A program made the translations under genes and the position numbers. Below are positions 36,784 through 47,528 of a stretch of DNA of 64,000 nt, piece after piece; the first letter of the stretch is position 1; every line of letters starts with the position of its first letter. The notes beneath the pieces were generated by a model, which was not told where the DNA came from, made no database searches, and worked only from the letters and a program-made list of their open reading frames with translations. The stretch lies in assembly GCA_964535955.1 (NCBI GenBank), contig CAZHVK010000006.1:1-64000 (forward strand). Reading direction: 5' to 3'. Origin of the DNA: an uncultured Methanosarcinales archaeon (lineage in GTDB: Archaea > Nanobdellota > Nanobdellia > Woesearchaeales > CAXGTL01).

Positions 36784-39036
36784 TTAGCCAGCATCATATA
36801 ATTGCTTAACTTCTGCATCTGTCAATTCTCTACCATAGACTCTTACTTCATCAATTAATCCATCAAAGCCATGACCAATGTTCATTGGTGATGTAAAACT
36901 GTAGAGATAACCAGCATTATTTCCTGGAGTTCCTTTAGTATTTTCTCCATCAACATATATCCACATATAATTTGTATTTGGTCCATAAACTTTGAAAGCT
37001 ATATGATGCCATTTATTTAAATCATCTTGAGTCCATTGAAAGCCATAACGGTACTTTTCCAATCCACACATAATTATTGGTTTATTAGTACCTGCATGTA
37101 TAAACTTTAATGTGGGGTAATTACTTTCTGCTGAAGAAAACAATGATGAACTTGTTAAAGTACGTGGTTTAATCCACATTGCTACAGTGTAATGAGCATT
37201 ATACAATTCTTCTATATCAACTCCAACTGAATCTGTACCATCAAAATTCAAAGCTTTATTCTTTTTACCAGTAACAAATGTTGCTCCACTATTAGTTCCA
37301 TCATTCTCCTTTCCACTAACATCATTAGCATCACCATCAAAAGGATAATAAGCAACCAAACCAGTTGCTGGAATTATCGGTGTTGGTACAACACACTTAC
37401 CTTTTTCACATTTCTGTCCAGTTCCACATTTACCTGGTCTATAATCCAGACAAGGATCAGGGTCAGCATAAATACAATTATCCTTAGTTACATCATCTTT
37501 ACACTTCCATTCATAAGGTGTACAATCATTAGTACAACAACCATGATTACCATCACCACGAAGATAACATTTAGCATCTGGACATGTTTCTTGTTTAACC
37601 CATGAAGTGCAACCATTATCATTAGTTTTACAAACCAAAACATCATTAATATTATTGTCATCACACTTAGTTTCTGCTTCTGTGCATTGATCTTGACATT
37701 CTGCTCCTTCTCCAACTTCAACACACATTTCACACAATTTTTTTATCTTAGGTTCTATGAAATTACCTTTACAATGATCAGTATCAGCTGCACAAAACTC
37801 TTCAACAGCGTTATAATCAGACTTTTCTTTATCAACACAATCTTCAGCACAGTTGCAAACAGTTTCATGTTCATCACATGAACCATCACCACAATCAACA
37901 CAAGTGCCTACTTCCCAACCACCTGCAATTGCAGGATAATAACATATGTCTGCAACAGAAAATCCTAACTGTGATACTTGTTTTAATCCAGAGCAACATT
38001 TTAGATATGTTGTAAATATTTCAGAACCTTTTTCACCAACACCTGCACATTCCTCTTCACCTTCACCTTCTGCTTCACCTTCACTAGGAATATCAGCTCC
38101 ACCAGCACCAAGACATCTTGCTTCCCAATCAATTGCTGATATTGCTGCATCTTCTGCTTTCATCTTTGCTTCAACTTCTGCTTTACATGAAACAGCATCT
38201 TGCGGATCTGTGCAAGGTTCTTGAGGAAGACATTTTGCATCAGCAGGATTTATTTTATAAAAACTGTATTGACAGCAGTTAGACTTATCTCCTTCTGTGA
38301 TATAAGCTTCTTTTATATCATCACCACAACAATAACCATCAACTTCACCTATCCACTGAAGACCACATTTTTCACACATTTCTTTATTAGAATCCATATC
38401 ATCAATCACACTTACTTCTAATAAATGTGCCATCCACTTACCTTCTGTACCATCTTCACCATGACAATCTTTTGCATCATCCCATACATATCTTTCATTT
38501 AGATCATATTCTTTTGGCTCTGTTTCTGAACATCCGTATGTGAGAAAGAATCTTTTTCTTGCAGGTAGTCTTGATAAAGGATATTGTGCAATGATAGGTG
38601 AATCACCTCTTAACCAATTACTACTACCTATCCTTTCACCATCAGAATAATCTGTGAATGATTTTTCTTTCCAAAGATTTTCTAGGTCAACTGTTTCACC
38701 AGGCGCAGGATCTTCTGCATACAAAAATGTGTTATATATATACTGATCATTCTGCGCTGTTAATTCAATCATTTTTTCATCTTCACCAATCATAAACACA
38801 ACTTTTTCTTCTGGCTTTATTTGAAAATAACTAGTTGGATCAGCAGCCCACACATCCTGGTCAGCATCTAAGAATTCAGCTGCTTTGTATACTTGCCCAA
38901 CAGGTGCACTTGCTGCTTGTTCTTCACCTGGCTTCATTGGCTCAGGAGGCAGATTACCTTCTTCAGCTGTTTTGCATGATGCTAAGCTGAATATTAAAAT
39001 TACTAAAATAAAGAATAGAAATATTTTTTTATGCAT
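36784..39036 (-). CDS. Cys-rich putative lipoprotein with a C-terminal LamG/concanavalin-like domain
   Basis: LASC lipobox-like motif; LVAYYPFDG...ALNFDG...WHHIAF...FDGLIDEVRVY. Confidence 0.85.
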   Translation of the reverse strand: MHKKIFLFFILVILIFSLASCKTAEEGNLPPEPMKPGEEQAASAPVGQVYKAAEFLDADQDVWAADPTSYFQIKPEEKVVFMIGEDEKMIELTAQNDQYIYNTFLYAEDPAPGETVDLENLWKEKSFTDYSDGERIGSSNWLRGDSPIIAQYPLSRLPARKRFFLTYGCSETEPKEYDLNERYVWDDAKDCHGEDGTEGKWMAHLLEVSVIDDMDSNKEMCEKCGLQWIGEVDGYCCGDDIKEAYITEGDKSNCCQYSFYKINPADAKCLPQEPCTDPQDAVSCKAEVEAKMKAEDAAISAIDWEARCLGAGGADIPSEGEAEGEGEEECAGVGEKGSEIFTTYLKCCSGLKQVSQLGFSVADICYYPAIAGGWEVGTCVDCGDGSCDEHETVCNCAEDCVDKEKSDYNAVEEFCAADTDHCKGNFIEPKIKKLCEMCVEVGEGAECQDQCTEAETKCDDNNINDVLVCKTNDNGCTSWVKQETCPDAKCYLRGDGNHGCCTNDCTPYEWKCKDDVTKDNCIYADPDPCLDYRPGKCGTGQKCEKGKCVVPTPIIPATGLVAYYPFDGDANDVSGKENDGTNSGATFVTGKKNKALNFDGTDSVGVDIEELYNAHYTVAMWIKPRTLTSSSLFSSAESNYPTLKFIHAGTNKPIIMCGLEKYRYGFQWTQDDLNKWHHIAFKVYGPNTNYMWIYVDGENTKGTPGNNAGYLYSFTSPMNIGHGFDGLIDEVRVYGRELTDAEVKQLYDAG

Positions 39037-39117
39037 TTTATATCACCTATTTTGTTTTTTTATAATAATTAACTAATTCTAATAGTATAATAGAAACAAC
39101 ATATATAAAGTTTATTA

Positions 39118-40590
39118 TTATTCTCTTAAACAAACACCATCTTCACAACCATTCTGGCATGTAATATGTTCTGAAGGAGAATGAACACCATCACAATATG
39201 CTTCTTGCAATGTATTTTCATCAAAACAAACATCAGAATTAGTCTGAGGTCTAAAATCATTTAATGAATTTATTGAGATTACTTTACCCCAAACATATTT
39301 ATCAATTCCTCCATCTGAATCAGTGCAACTTGCTTCTGGTTCTGGATCTGGCTCTTCTTTTAAACAAGCATCATCTTTGCAGCCATATAAACAAACTTTT
39401 TCATAAGCTTTTATTTTTCCCTCAGGTGTACAATAACCTTCCACTATAGTATCAAACATTTCACAACTGTCCTTAAAAGTAGCATAAACCTTTTCAAGTT
39501 TAGATGTTTTTGAAACCCCTTTCATATAAATATTCTTACCATCAGGAAACTTATCAGTAACATCTGAATCAGTACAAATTTCTTTTGCTTCAGGCTCAGG
39601 TTCCGGATCAGGTTTTGTTACTGTTTCTAGTCTTAAACAAGCACCATCTTTACACCCATGTACACAACGGTGAGTTTCAGCATCAAAAGAAGGATCATTT
39701 CTACAGAAATATTCTATTAATTCATGAGCAGAATTACACCTATCAATAACTTTCTTTCCTAATCCAGATCTCACAGTCCCTTTTACATAATAATTTCTGC
39801 CAGTGTCTGAATCAATGCAATCAATTAATGATTCTTGTTCAAATTCTGGTTCTCCTAAGCAAACATCATCTTTACAACCTTTTTGACAATCAACCTGTTT
39901 TATACTACTATAAATTCCAATACAATATGCTTCTTGCAAGGTGTTTTCATCAATACATGTATCAGGATTTTTACTTAGTTTAAAATCATTTAATTCATTT
40001 CTTGAAAGAGCTTCACCTTTGACATATTGATTAATTCCATTATCTGAATCAGTACATTCAGCTATTGATGTTAATACAGGATCAATACAAATGCCAGATT
40101 TACAATCATTTTTGCAAAGATAAGTTTCAACATTAATTTTTCCATTTTCACAGAAAAATTCTGCTAACTCTTTAAATGTGTCACACTTATCCATATATAT
40201 TTTGTCTGCATCCTTAACAAAACCCCTTACATAATAATTTTTACCATGGTCTGAATCTACACAACTAGTTTCTAGTTCAGGCATTTCTAAACAAATACCA
40301 TTTTTACAACCATTTTGACATTCAATATATTCTGAATCAATATAAACATGATTACAATATGTTTCTTGCAATGTGTTTTCATCAATGCATATATCAGAAC
40401 CAGTACTTAACCTGTAATCATTTAATGCATTTCTTGAAGCAGCTTCACCTTTAACATATTCATAAATTCCATGATCTGAATCAGTACACATAGCTTCTGG
40501 TTTAAATAAATCATTATCATTTATTCTTGTGCATGATGTTAGACTAAGAAGTAAAATAATTAAAATAAAAAATAAAAAAAGTCTTTTCAT
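39118..40590 (-). CDS. Secreted or lipid-anchored protein with six Cys-rich C(T/V/I)DSD repeats
   Basis: LTSC lipobox-like motif; repeats of CxDSDxG..Y..G...D.C...L.E..C...C..GC..G.C. Confidence 0.85.
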   Translation of the reverse strand: MKRLFLFFILIILLLSLTSCTRINDNDLFKPEAMCTDSDHGIYEYVKGEAASRNALNDYRLSTGSDICIDENTLQETYCNHVYIDSEYIECQNGCKNGICLEMPELETSCVDSDHGKNYYVRGFVKDADKIYMDKCDTFKELAEFFCENGKINVETYLCKNDCKSGICIDPVLTSIAECTDSDNGINQYVKGEALSRNELNDFKLSKNPDTCIDENTLQEAYCIGIYSSIKQVDCQKGCKDDVCLGEPEFEQESLIDCIDSDTGRNYYVKGTVRSGLGKKVIDRCNSAHELIEYFCRNDPSFDAETHRCVHGCKDGACLRLETVTKPDPEPEPEAKEICTDSDVTDKFPDGKNIYMKGVSKTSKLEKVYATFKDSCEMFDTIVEGYCTPEGKIKAYEKVCLYGCKDDACLKEEPDPEPEASCTDSDGGIDKYVWGKVISINSLNDFRPQTNSDVCFDENTLQEAYCDGVHSPSEHITCQNGCEDGVCLRE

Positions 40591-40639
40591 TTTATATCCT
40601 CTTTTTTTTAAAAAATGATAAAAATACTGATGAAATCTT

Positions 40640-41413
40640 TTATCTCTTCTTTTTCTTATACCCTTCAAAAGCTTTTAATATCTCTAAAGGTACTGCAAAC
40701 ACGATTGTATTGCTTCTATCAGAGCTAATATCATTCATTGATTGCAATGTTCTTAAGTGTAATGCACCTTGTGATTTTGTTAATGTGTTTGCAGCTTTTG
40801 CCATGTTTACTGCAGCAACTACTTCACCTTTTGCTTTGATTATAACAGCTCTTCTTTCACGTTCAGCTTCTGCTTCTTTTGCAATTGTTCTTTTCATCTC
40901 TGTTGGAAGTTCAATGTGTTTTAGATCAACACTTTTTACTTTTATACCCCAAGGATCTGTTGCTTTATCTACTATTATCTGGATTCTTTTTGAAACATCA
41001 TCTCTATTTGCTAATAACTCATCTAATGTAATCTCTCCTACAATATCTCTCATAGTAGTCTGTGCTAACTGAGAAACAGCATAATTAAAATGTTCTACTT
41101 CTATGATAGCTGTTTTTGCATCATCTACTTTATAATATAATACAGCATTCACATTAAGACTAACATTATCTTTTGTGATTGCATCTTGTTCAGGCACATC
41201 TATTACTTTTACCCTCATATCAACCCTTTGCCATGACTGAAATATTGGTAGAACTAGTCTCCATCCTGGCCTCATAATACCAGAATACTTACCAAATGTA
41301 AATTTAACACCTCTTTCATATTCTTGTACAACCTTGATACTTGCAAGAAGTATAACAATCAAAGCCATCCAAAACGGAAAACTAAAAATAGTTAATGTGC
41401 TTAATAAACCCAT
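40640..41413 (-). CDS. SPFH/stomatin-like (slipin) protein
   Basis: VQEYERGV, ITKDNV, AQTTMR, AEAERERRA. Confidence 0.93.
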   Translation of the reverse strand: MGLLSTLTIFSFPFWMALIVILLASIKVVQEYERGVKFTFGKYSGIMRPGWRLVLPIFQSWQRVDMRVKVIDVPEQDAITKDNVSLNVNAVLYYKVDDAKTAIIEVEHFNYAVSQLAQTTMRDIVGEITLDELLANRDDVSKRIQIIVDKATDPWGIKVKSVDLKHIELPTEMKRTIAKEAEAERERRAVIIKAKGEVVAAVNMAKAANTLTKSQGALHLRTLQSMNDISSDRSNTIVFAVPLEILKAFEGYKKKKR

Positions 41414-41560
41414 TATTATCACCTCAGATTATTTAAAGTATATTTAATATTCTACAAAAAGAGTTTAATATATATAAATGTTGTTATATTGAGGTTATTG
41501 TTTTTTATTATTGCCAAATGTCTATATAGCTTTTTATATTATTAATAATACCCCACAAAC

Positions 41561-42856
41561 ATGAACATCTCTTGCCTAAAATGCAAAGGAAATAATCCAA
41601 AAGCTAATTGTGGTAGAGATTTTTGTCCTATATTGGCAAAGAGTCAGGCAATGTTTAAGACAAAGCAGTTTTTTAGTGACAATACAAATGAAAATAAAAA
41701 CAACAATGCAACAGAAAACAACAATATCAACAAAACAAACTATTTCGGAGCATCACCAGCTGTATTTGTCGGTCGCTTTGGCTATCCAAATGTAAATGTA
41801 GGAATATTAACTCCACCAAATATAACTGATTCAGAAACATATGATGATCCTAGGTTATGGGGATCACAGAATTATGACATAAATACACTAATCAATATAA
41901 GAAGCAGTTTAGTTAATTCTAGATTCAAGATGTTAGTTTCCTACCACCGAGACAAGTTCCTTGATATGACACAAGAAATATCAATGGCTTCAAAACCAGT
42001 TGATGTTGAGGTTAGTTTAAAAGACAAACCACACTTTACAAAAAGAATTGATCCATATGTTGCTCCAATGGGTCCTACATCATCATTACAAAAAGCAGAA
42101 ATCACATCAAATCCAAAGATACATACAAAAGTTGACAAGATTGTGAGTGATACAGACTTTAAAGCTGTAGATGCACTAACACTTCTCTATAGAAAGAATT
42201 TTGATGAAAACTTTCTTTCTAAATTATTAAGTGCAGGCAACTTAGGTGTTAAGACACAGAGGAAGTTAGTGCCAACTAGGTGGAGCATAACTGCAACAGA
42301 TGATCAAATTGGTAAGATGTATCACAAAGAAATACAAAAACTTAGTTCTAGAGTTAACTATAGTGCTTACTTTGGTGGATACTTAGGAAACTACTACCTA
42401 GTCTTGATGTTTCCAGAAATATGGTCATATGAATTATTTGAATCATACTTGCCAAAAGCAAGTTGGAACATAACAAACCAATTACAATATAGCACTGATC
42501 ACGAAGGTTATCTCGGTAGAAAAACTTATTCTCATAATTGTCAAGGTGGTTATTATTCTGTTAGAATGGCTGTTCAGGAACACCTTGCCACCAAACTTAA
42601 ACAACAAGCTTCATGTTTAGTATTAAGATTCATAACAGGAGAGTATGCTGTGCCACTTGGTGTGTGGGTGACTCGTGAAGCTACTCGTGCTGCACTTAAA
42701 AGCAAACCATTGGAGTTTGCATCAAAACAACTCATGCTAAAGTATGCAAAAGCATTTATGAAAAAAAAGTTTGGTATTGATATTTCTAAGATATTGAATG
42801 AAAGTGCATTATTAAAGGAGATGAAACAACAAGCAAAATTAAGCAAATTTCTATGA
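41561..42856 (+). CDS. nreA: Nre-family archaeal DNA repair protein
   Basis: N-terminal CLKCKG...CG...CP Zn finger, RKLVPTRWSITATD, and C-terminal PIP box QQAKLSKFL. Confidence 0.9.
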   Translation: MNISCLKCKGNNPKANCGRDFCPILAKSQAMFKTKQFFSDNTNENKNNNATENNNINKTNYFGASPAVFVGRFGYPNVNVGILTPPNITDSETYDDPRLWGSQNYDINTLINIRSSLVNSRFKMLVSYHRDKFLDMTQEISMASKPVDVEVSLKDKPHFTKRIDPYVAPMGPTSSLQKAEITSNPKIHTKVDKIVSDTDFKAVDALTLLYRKNFDENFLSKLLSAGNLGVKTQRKLVPTRWSITATDDQIGKMYHKEIQKLSSRVNYSAYFGGYLGNYYLVLMFPEIWSYELFESYLPKASWNITNQLQYSTDHEGYLGRKTYSHNCQGGYYSVRMAVQEHLATKLKQQASCLVLRFITGEYAVPLGVWVTREATRAALKSKPLEFASKQLMLKYAKAFMKKKFGIDISKILNESALLKEMKQQAKLSKFL

Positions 42857-42869
42857 AAAATCGAAAGGT

Positions 42870-42909
42870 TTAAATAGTATTAAATAATATTAAATAATGT
42901 TAAATAACC
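42870..42909 (+). promoter_or_regulatory. Four 10-bp direct repeats (TTAAATA core) overlapping the toxin-antitoxin promoter; probable operator
   Basis: TTAAATAGTA TTAAATAATA TTAAATAATG TTAAATAACC immediately upstream of the antitoxin. Confidence 0.45.
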
Positions 42910-42939
42910 TTATTAAATATAGAATAACAAGGTGATAAA

Positions 42940-43161
42940 ATGGTATTAAAAACATTCAATGTACAAGAAGGTGTATATAAAAAATTTTCAGGATTTTGTA
43001 AGTCTCATGGAATAAGCATGAGTAAACAAGTGGAAATATTTATGGAATCTATGATAGAAGAAGACCCAGAAGCAAAAAAAGAATATCTCGAAAAATTAGA
43101 AAGGATTAGGAAAATGAGATTTATTAGAGTAAATAATTTTGCTAAGAGATATGGTTTATGA
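42940..43161 (+). CDS. Ribbon-helix-helix antitoxin-like protein
   Basis: KTFNV...YKKF..FC...G.SMSK.VE RHH pattern; overlaps the toxin start (ATGA). Confidence 0.75.
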   Translation: MVLKTFNVQEGVYKKFSGFCKSHGISMSKQVEIFMESMIEEDPEAKKEYLEKLERIRKMRFIRVNNFAKRYGL

Positions 43162-43424
43162 AAATGGAATTTGATTTAGATATTGCTGAAAAGCTAGATA
43201 AAAAGTTCAAAAAATTAGCTAAAAAAGATAAAAATCAAATGATAAAGATTGATAAGAAGATTCAAGAGATATTAATAAATCCATATCATTATAAACCTTT
43301 GCGTGGAGATTTACATGGTTCAAGAAGAGTTCATATTGGACACTTTGTTTTAGTTTTTGAGATCGATGAAAAGAAAAATGTGGTTAGACTTTTAGATTAT
43401 GATCATCATGATTATATTTATTAA
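43158..43424 (+). CDS. RelE/ParE (StbE-like) toxin
   Basis: NPYHYKPLRGDLHGSRRVHIGHFVLVFEID...DYDHHD. Confidence 0.9.
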   Translation: MKMEFDLDIAEKLDKKFKKLAKKDKNQMIKIDKKIQEILINPYHYKPLRGDLHGSRRVHIGHFVLVFEIDEKKNVVRLLDYDHHDYIY

Positions 43425-43462
43425 ATACAAGTGCAGAAAAAGTTAAATGTTTTCTAATTTTT

Positions 43463-44233
43463 TCACTTAAACCATTTCTTCATATATATTTCAATTTCTT
43501 TTACAAATTCTTGTCTTGTAGCAACCACATCTTTGATATTATATGTTTCTGCAATTTTTAGATAATCACTAGTCATAGGAGTTATATCTCTTAATAAATT
43601 ATCAGCCATATCTTTTGTAAATCCAGTATTATAGATATAACCCCCAGGTAACTTGATTGTATTGTCTCTTAAAGCAGATTCAATAACAAGTGTGTTAAAT
43701 GCTTTGTGTTTATTCTTGATTCCTGCAACAACTAAGTAAGGATTTATTGTGAATAATGAGTCTTGTTTTGCCGTGTTATCATGTAGTGTGAAATAATTTT
43801 TCATATGATTTAGTTCAGGCACTGCTTTAAACAAGTCACTTATTTTTTTACTATTAATATATTCTTTTATATCTGTCTCTAATGCATATTCACCTAAGAT
43901 CATTCTAACAACATCTCTTAAAAAATCATCAGTAGCATTATTTAATACAAAATATCCTGCTAAGAATGCACCAGTTGTGTTTATACTAGGAGTAATAAGA
44001 ATAATATCATATCCATATTGTCTGATAATCTTTTCATATGCTTGGCTCATTTTAAAGCTTGCTGTCTGTCCAGGCATATGGCCTTTGTAATAATTAACCA
44101 ATGCATTGCCTAATATCTTTTTTGCATTTTCCAGCATTTTTTCAGGAACATGGTCTAGTTTAGTTATTTCTGACTGTGGTTGTTTTGGTTTTTCAGGAAC
44201 CTTCATGTCTTCTATTGCGTCGTCAATTGCCAT
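43463..44233 (-). CDS. MAIDDAI-leader protein 9 (type B; paralog of 49178-49939)
   Basis: Shared leader; ENAKKILGN and MILGEYALETDIK match the paralog. Confidence 0.85.
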   Translation of the reverse strand: MAIDDAIEDMKVPEKPKQPQSEITKLDHVPEKMLENAKKILGNALVNYYKGHMPGQTASFKMSQAYEKIIRQYGYDIILITPSINTTGAFLAGYFVLNNATDDFLRDVVRMILGEYALETDIKEYINSKKISDLFKAVPELNHMKNYFTLHDNTAKQDSLFTINPYLVVAGIKNKHKAFNTLVIESALRDNTIKLPGGYIYNTGFTKDMADNLLRDITPMTSDYLKIAETYNIKDVVATRQEFVKEIEIYMKKWFK

Positions 44234-45011
44234 TTTGTTCTAGATAATATCCCTCTTTATTCAGTCTATATCCTAATTTATCAACTTGTTTTAGAATGTT
44301 TTGATAAAACAGATTGCTTTGTGCTAGTTTTTTGTTCATCTCAGTCTTTGCAATATCATCAGCATCTTCTATTGTGTCTAGATTTATTTTTTGCATAAGA
44401 CTGCCTTTATCAGATACATGGACAAAGTCTTTATCATGATCACCTATCATTCCAGAAGCGTTTTTATCATACATAATCTCACTAACAATATCAAGACTAT
44501 CCATAACATGAATCTTTGTGTCCTTGTGTTGATTATAACCATTATACACTGGTATAATCCCAGCTTTTTGATCATGATATTGTATATAACAAGGTCTTTT
44601 GTCTACTCTCAGAGTTCTTTTTTCTGTAGCTGTTGAAAGTTTAAGAGCGCCATATATTCCAGGAACCATGACTAAAATACAAACACACGTAAGGGCTGTC
44701 ATAGGATGAGTTAAGTAGTAATTATTTATTTTATCTTTAATACTTTGTTTTGGTATTTTTGGGTTAATGTGATTATCTATATTTTCTTTTACTGAATTCA
44801 CTATCACACTTATTCCTGATATATCATCATTATATTCAGATAATTCCTTTGTATCATAATCAACTAATTCAGAAATCTTTTCACAAAGATCTTTGACTAT
44901 TATTGGAAGTTTTTCTTGTTTTGTAAGTTCTTCAACTATTTCTTCTGGTTCTTCTTCTAAATCAATCTTTTCAGGAACCTTCATTTCATCTATTGCATCG
45001 TCGATTGCCAT
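44223..45011 (-). CDS. MAIDDAI-leader protein 8 (type C; internal TM helix)
   Basis: Shared leader; hydrophobic segment ALTCVCILVMVPGIYGAL. Confidence 0.85.
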   Translation of the reverse strand: MAIDDAIDEMKVPEKIDLEEEPEEIVEELTKQEKLPIIVKDLCEKISELVDYDTKELSEYNDDISGISVIVNSVKENIDNHINPKIPKQSIKDKINNYYLTHPMTALTCVCILVMVPGIYGALKLSTATEKRTLRVDKRPCYIQYHDQKAGIIPVYNGYNQHKDTKIHVMDSLDIVSEIMYDKNASGMIGDHDKDFVHVSDKGSLMQKINLDTIEDADDIAKTEMNKKLAQSNLFYQNILKQVDKLGYRLNKEGYYLEQNGN

Positions 45012-45847
45012 TATTTAATAACCTCATACTTTAGATCAGGATTATGTTCTATTATCTTAAGATAGATCTGATTAAGCACTTCATCACCATTATCCTTATT
45101 ACTATTAATTGTTTTAAACATAAAAATATTAAGTTCTTCTAATTCTTTTAAAATAGTTAAAACACCTTCAGACCCATTATCTCTGCAATATTCAGCATAT
45201 TTTGTCAATTTTTCTATATCTTTTAACTGCAGAACTTCAGTCGGTCTATGAACATCATCAGGAACCTTAAATCCAGCAAGCACTGTAGAACCTGTACGAA
45301 TAAGATAATTTTTCTTTTCTAATATTGTATATCTAAGACCTACATATTCTAAAAAATCATGCATTTCTTTACCATGCTCGATCATTAAACCAGTAAAATA
45401 AAAAGGAATATTGTTTATTCTTTTCTTAACAAATTTTACTAATTCATTATAATCAATACATTTTCTAATTCCCTCATTAATTGCACTAAACTTTGTTAGA
45501 TCTTTTTCAAAAGGGAGTGTTATTATATCATCAAGATTATCCACAATATCCATTTTTTCAAATATTGTTTTATATTGTTCTTCTTTAATAGTCACCAAAT
45601 CAACAAAATCTTTTTTAGGAACCTGGAAAATAGTATGCAGATTTGGTTTAAACTTAACCCAAGGTACAAAATAAAAAAAATTGAACCTCCCAAGATTTTC
45701 CTGTAACCCATTCAATGCCCATCTTAATACATATGCTTTCCATTCAGGAATTCTATTAGACTCTGGTTTAACAGAATCTGTTGTTATTTGTTCTTGTTCC
45801 ACTTTCACATGAACCTTCATCTCATCTATTGCATCGTCGATTGCCAT
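45011..45847 (-). CDS. MAIDDAI-leader protein 7 (type A, IEHG family)
   Basis: Leader; FTGLMIEHGKE, LKELEEL, HNPDLKY. Confidence 0.85.
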   Translation of the reverse strand: MAIDDAIDEMKVHVKVEQEQITTDSVKPESNRIPEWKAYVLRWALNGLQENLGRFNFFYFVPWVKFKPNLHTIFQVPKKDFVDLVTIKEEQYKTIFEKMDIVDNLDDIITLPFEKDLTKFSAINEGIRKCIDYNELVKFVKKRINNIPFYFTGLMIEHGKEMHDFLEYVGLRYTILEKKNYLIRTGSTVLAGFKVPDDVHRPTEVLQLKDIEKLTKYAEYCRDNGSEGVLTILKELEELNIFMFKTINSNKDNGDEVLNQIYLKIIEHNPDLKYEVIK

Positions 45848-45848
45848 T

Positions 45849-46685
45849 TTATTTCTTACCTCTGTATATTAGATTTGGATTGTATTTTGCTAATCTTTTA
45901 AAGATCTCTTGTCTCATACCAACCATAAGACTTTGATTTGAGGCATCTTTATCATTATAACTTTCAAATGATTTATCTAATTCATCTAATTCTTTGATAA
46001 CTTTGGTCACTTCTGCACCATTATTCTGAATATAATCTGCAAAAGGAATAAGAAAGTCAGCCTCTTGCTTAGTCAATTGTTCTATAGTTGGATTTACCTT
46101 CATCTTAGAACCAGACAACAGAACAAATCTATCAATATTTTCAGGAAAACCTTTTTCCATAAATTTATACATATTAATAAAGTCTTTACCATGCTCTATC
46201 AATAATCCTGCAAATAAAAAAGGAATATAAAATTCATTAGTCTCAATATTTCTTAATGTCTTACTATTTAGATTATTACACAAGATCTCATCTATAACAC
46301 TATTACTTGTTATCTTTCCAGGATCTTCACCTTCATAAAAATCAATATATTGTGCAAGATCTTCTTGATCAGTTAAAGTAGCACTTAACACTTTCCACAG
46401 ATGGTCGTATTTTTGTGATTTAGTATATTCAATAAAATCAAATACATTGATATATAGGTGAGGATTTATCAGATGATCAAACTTAACCAAACCACTAATC
46501 TTATCAAAACTCATTGAATCTGAGAATTTCTTTATCCTTTCAAGATAATCAAACAAGATATAACTCTGCCAATCTGTTGCATATTTCATGTCTTGCAATG
46601 ATTTATTGACTACAACAAGGTCTTTCTTGCCTTGATCTACTTTTCCAGGTACATCCATTTCATCAATTGCATCATCAATTGCCAT
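45849..46685 (-). CDS. MAIDDAI-leader protein 6 (type A)
   Basis: Leader; FAGLLIEHGKD, IKELDEL, YNPNLIY. Confidence 0.85.
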   Translation of the reverse strand: MAIDDAIDEMDVPGKVDQGKKDLVVVNKSLQDMKYATDWQSYILFDYLERIKKFSDSMSFDKISGLVKFDHLINPHLYINVFDFIEYTKSQKYDHLWKVLSATLTDQEDLAQYIDFYEGEDPGKITSNSVIDEILCNNLNSKTLRNIETNEFYIPFLFAGLLIEHGKDFINMYKFMEKGFPENIDRFVLLSGSKMKVNPTIEQLTKQEADFLIPFADYIQNNGAEVTKVIKELDELDKSFESYNDKDASNQSLMVGMRQEIFKRLAKYNPNLIYRGKK

Positions 46686-46686
46686 T

Positions 46687-47526
46687 TTATTTCTTACCTC
46701 TGTATATTAGGTTTGGATTGTATTGTGATAGTCTTTTGAATATGAACTGCCGAATATTTGGTGTAATTTGTGAAAAACTGGTTCCATTATATTTTTTTAA
46801 TTCTTTATCTAGTTCTTCTAATTCTTTGATAGATTTTGTTATATCTGATCCATGTTCTTGAATATAATCAACTAAAGGCATAGTAAAATTTCTTTTCATT
46901 TCCATTAATTTATCAACAATACTACGAACCCTTATATCTTCAGTATTTAGACCATCAACAAATTCTAGATTTAAATTCATACTTTGAAGTTTTCCATTTC
47001 CAAGAGTTTTACAGAAATAAGCAAACTCTTTTCCATGTTCAATCAGTAGCCCAGAAAAAGCAACTGGAAGAGAAAAATGTACATTTACAATCTTTTTTAT
47101 AGTACTATGATTATAAAAATCATCTATGATCCCATTGATAAGATTATTATTAGTAGTTTTGTGACCACCAGGAAAATCAATATAACTGTTCAAATCTTTT
47201 TTATCAATTACAGTTCTGCTTAATACTTGCCACAAATCAGTATATTTCTTTTCTTTAGTATTCTTAATCAAATCCTTTATTTGAATATATATATGGGGGT
47301 CCATATTAGAATCAAATTTAATTAAACTAGCAACCATGGGTCTACAATTAGCAGGTAATGAAAAATTTGATTTTTGTAAATAATTATTTAAGATAATCTC
47401 TTGCCAATCTGTTGCATATTTCATGTCTTGCAATGATTTATTGACTACAGTAATCTTTCCAGGTTTTGCATCTGAACCTGGTTTTCCAGGAACTTTCATT
47501 TTGTCTATTGCATCGTCGATTGCCAT
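46687..47526 (-). CDS. MAIDDAI-leader protein 5 (type A)
   Basis: Leader; FSGLLIEHGKE, IKELEEL, YNPNLIY. Confidence 0.85.
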   Translation of the reverse strand: MAIDDAIDKMKVPGKPGSDAKPGKITVVNKSLQDMKYATDWQEIILNNYLQKSNFSLPANCRPMVASLIKFDSNMDPHIYIQIKDLIKNTKEKKYTDLWQVLSRTVIDKKDLNSYIDFPGGHKTTNNNLINGIIDDFYNHSTIKKIVNVHFSLPVAFSGLLIEHGKEFAYFCKTLGNGKLQSMNLNLEFVDGLNTEDIRVRSIVDKLMEMKRNFTMPLVDYIQEHGSDITKSIKELEELDKELKKYNGTSFSQITPNIRQFIFKRLSQYNPNLIYRGKK

Positions 47527-47528
47527 TT

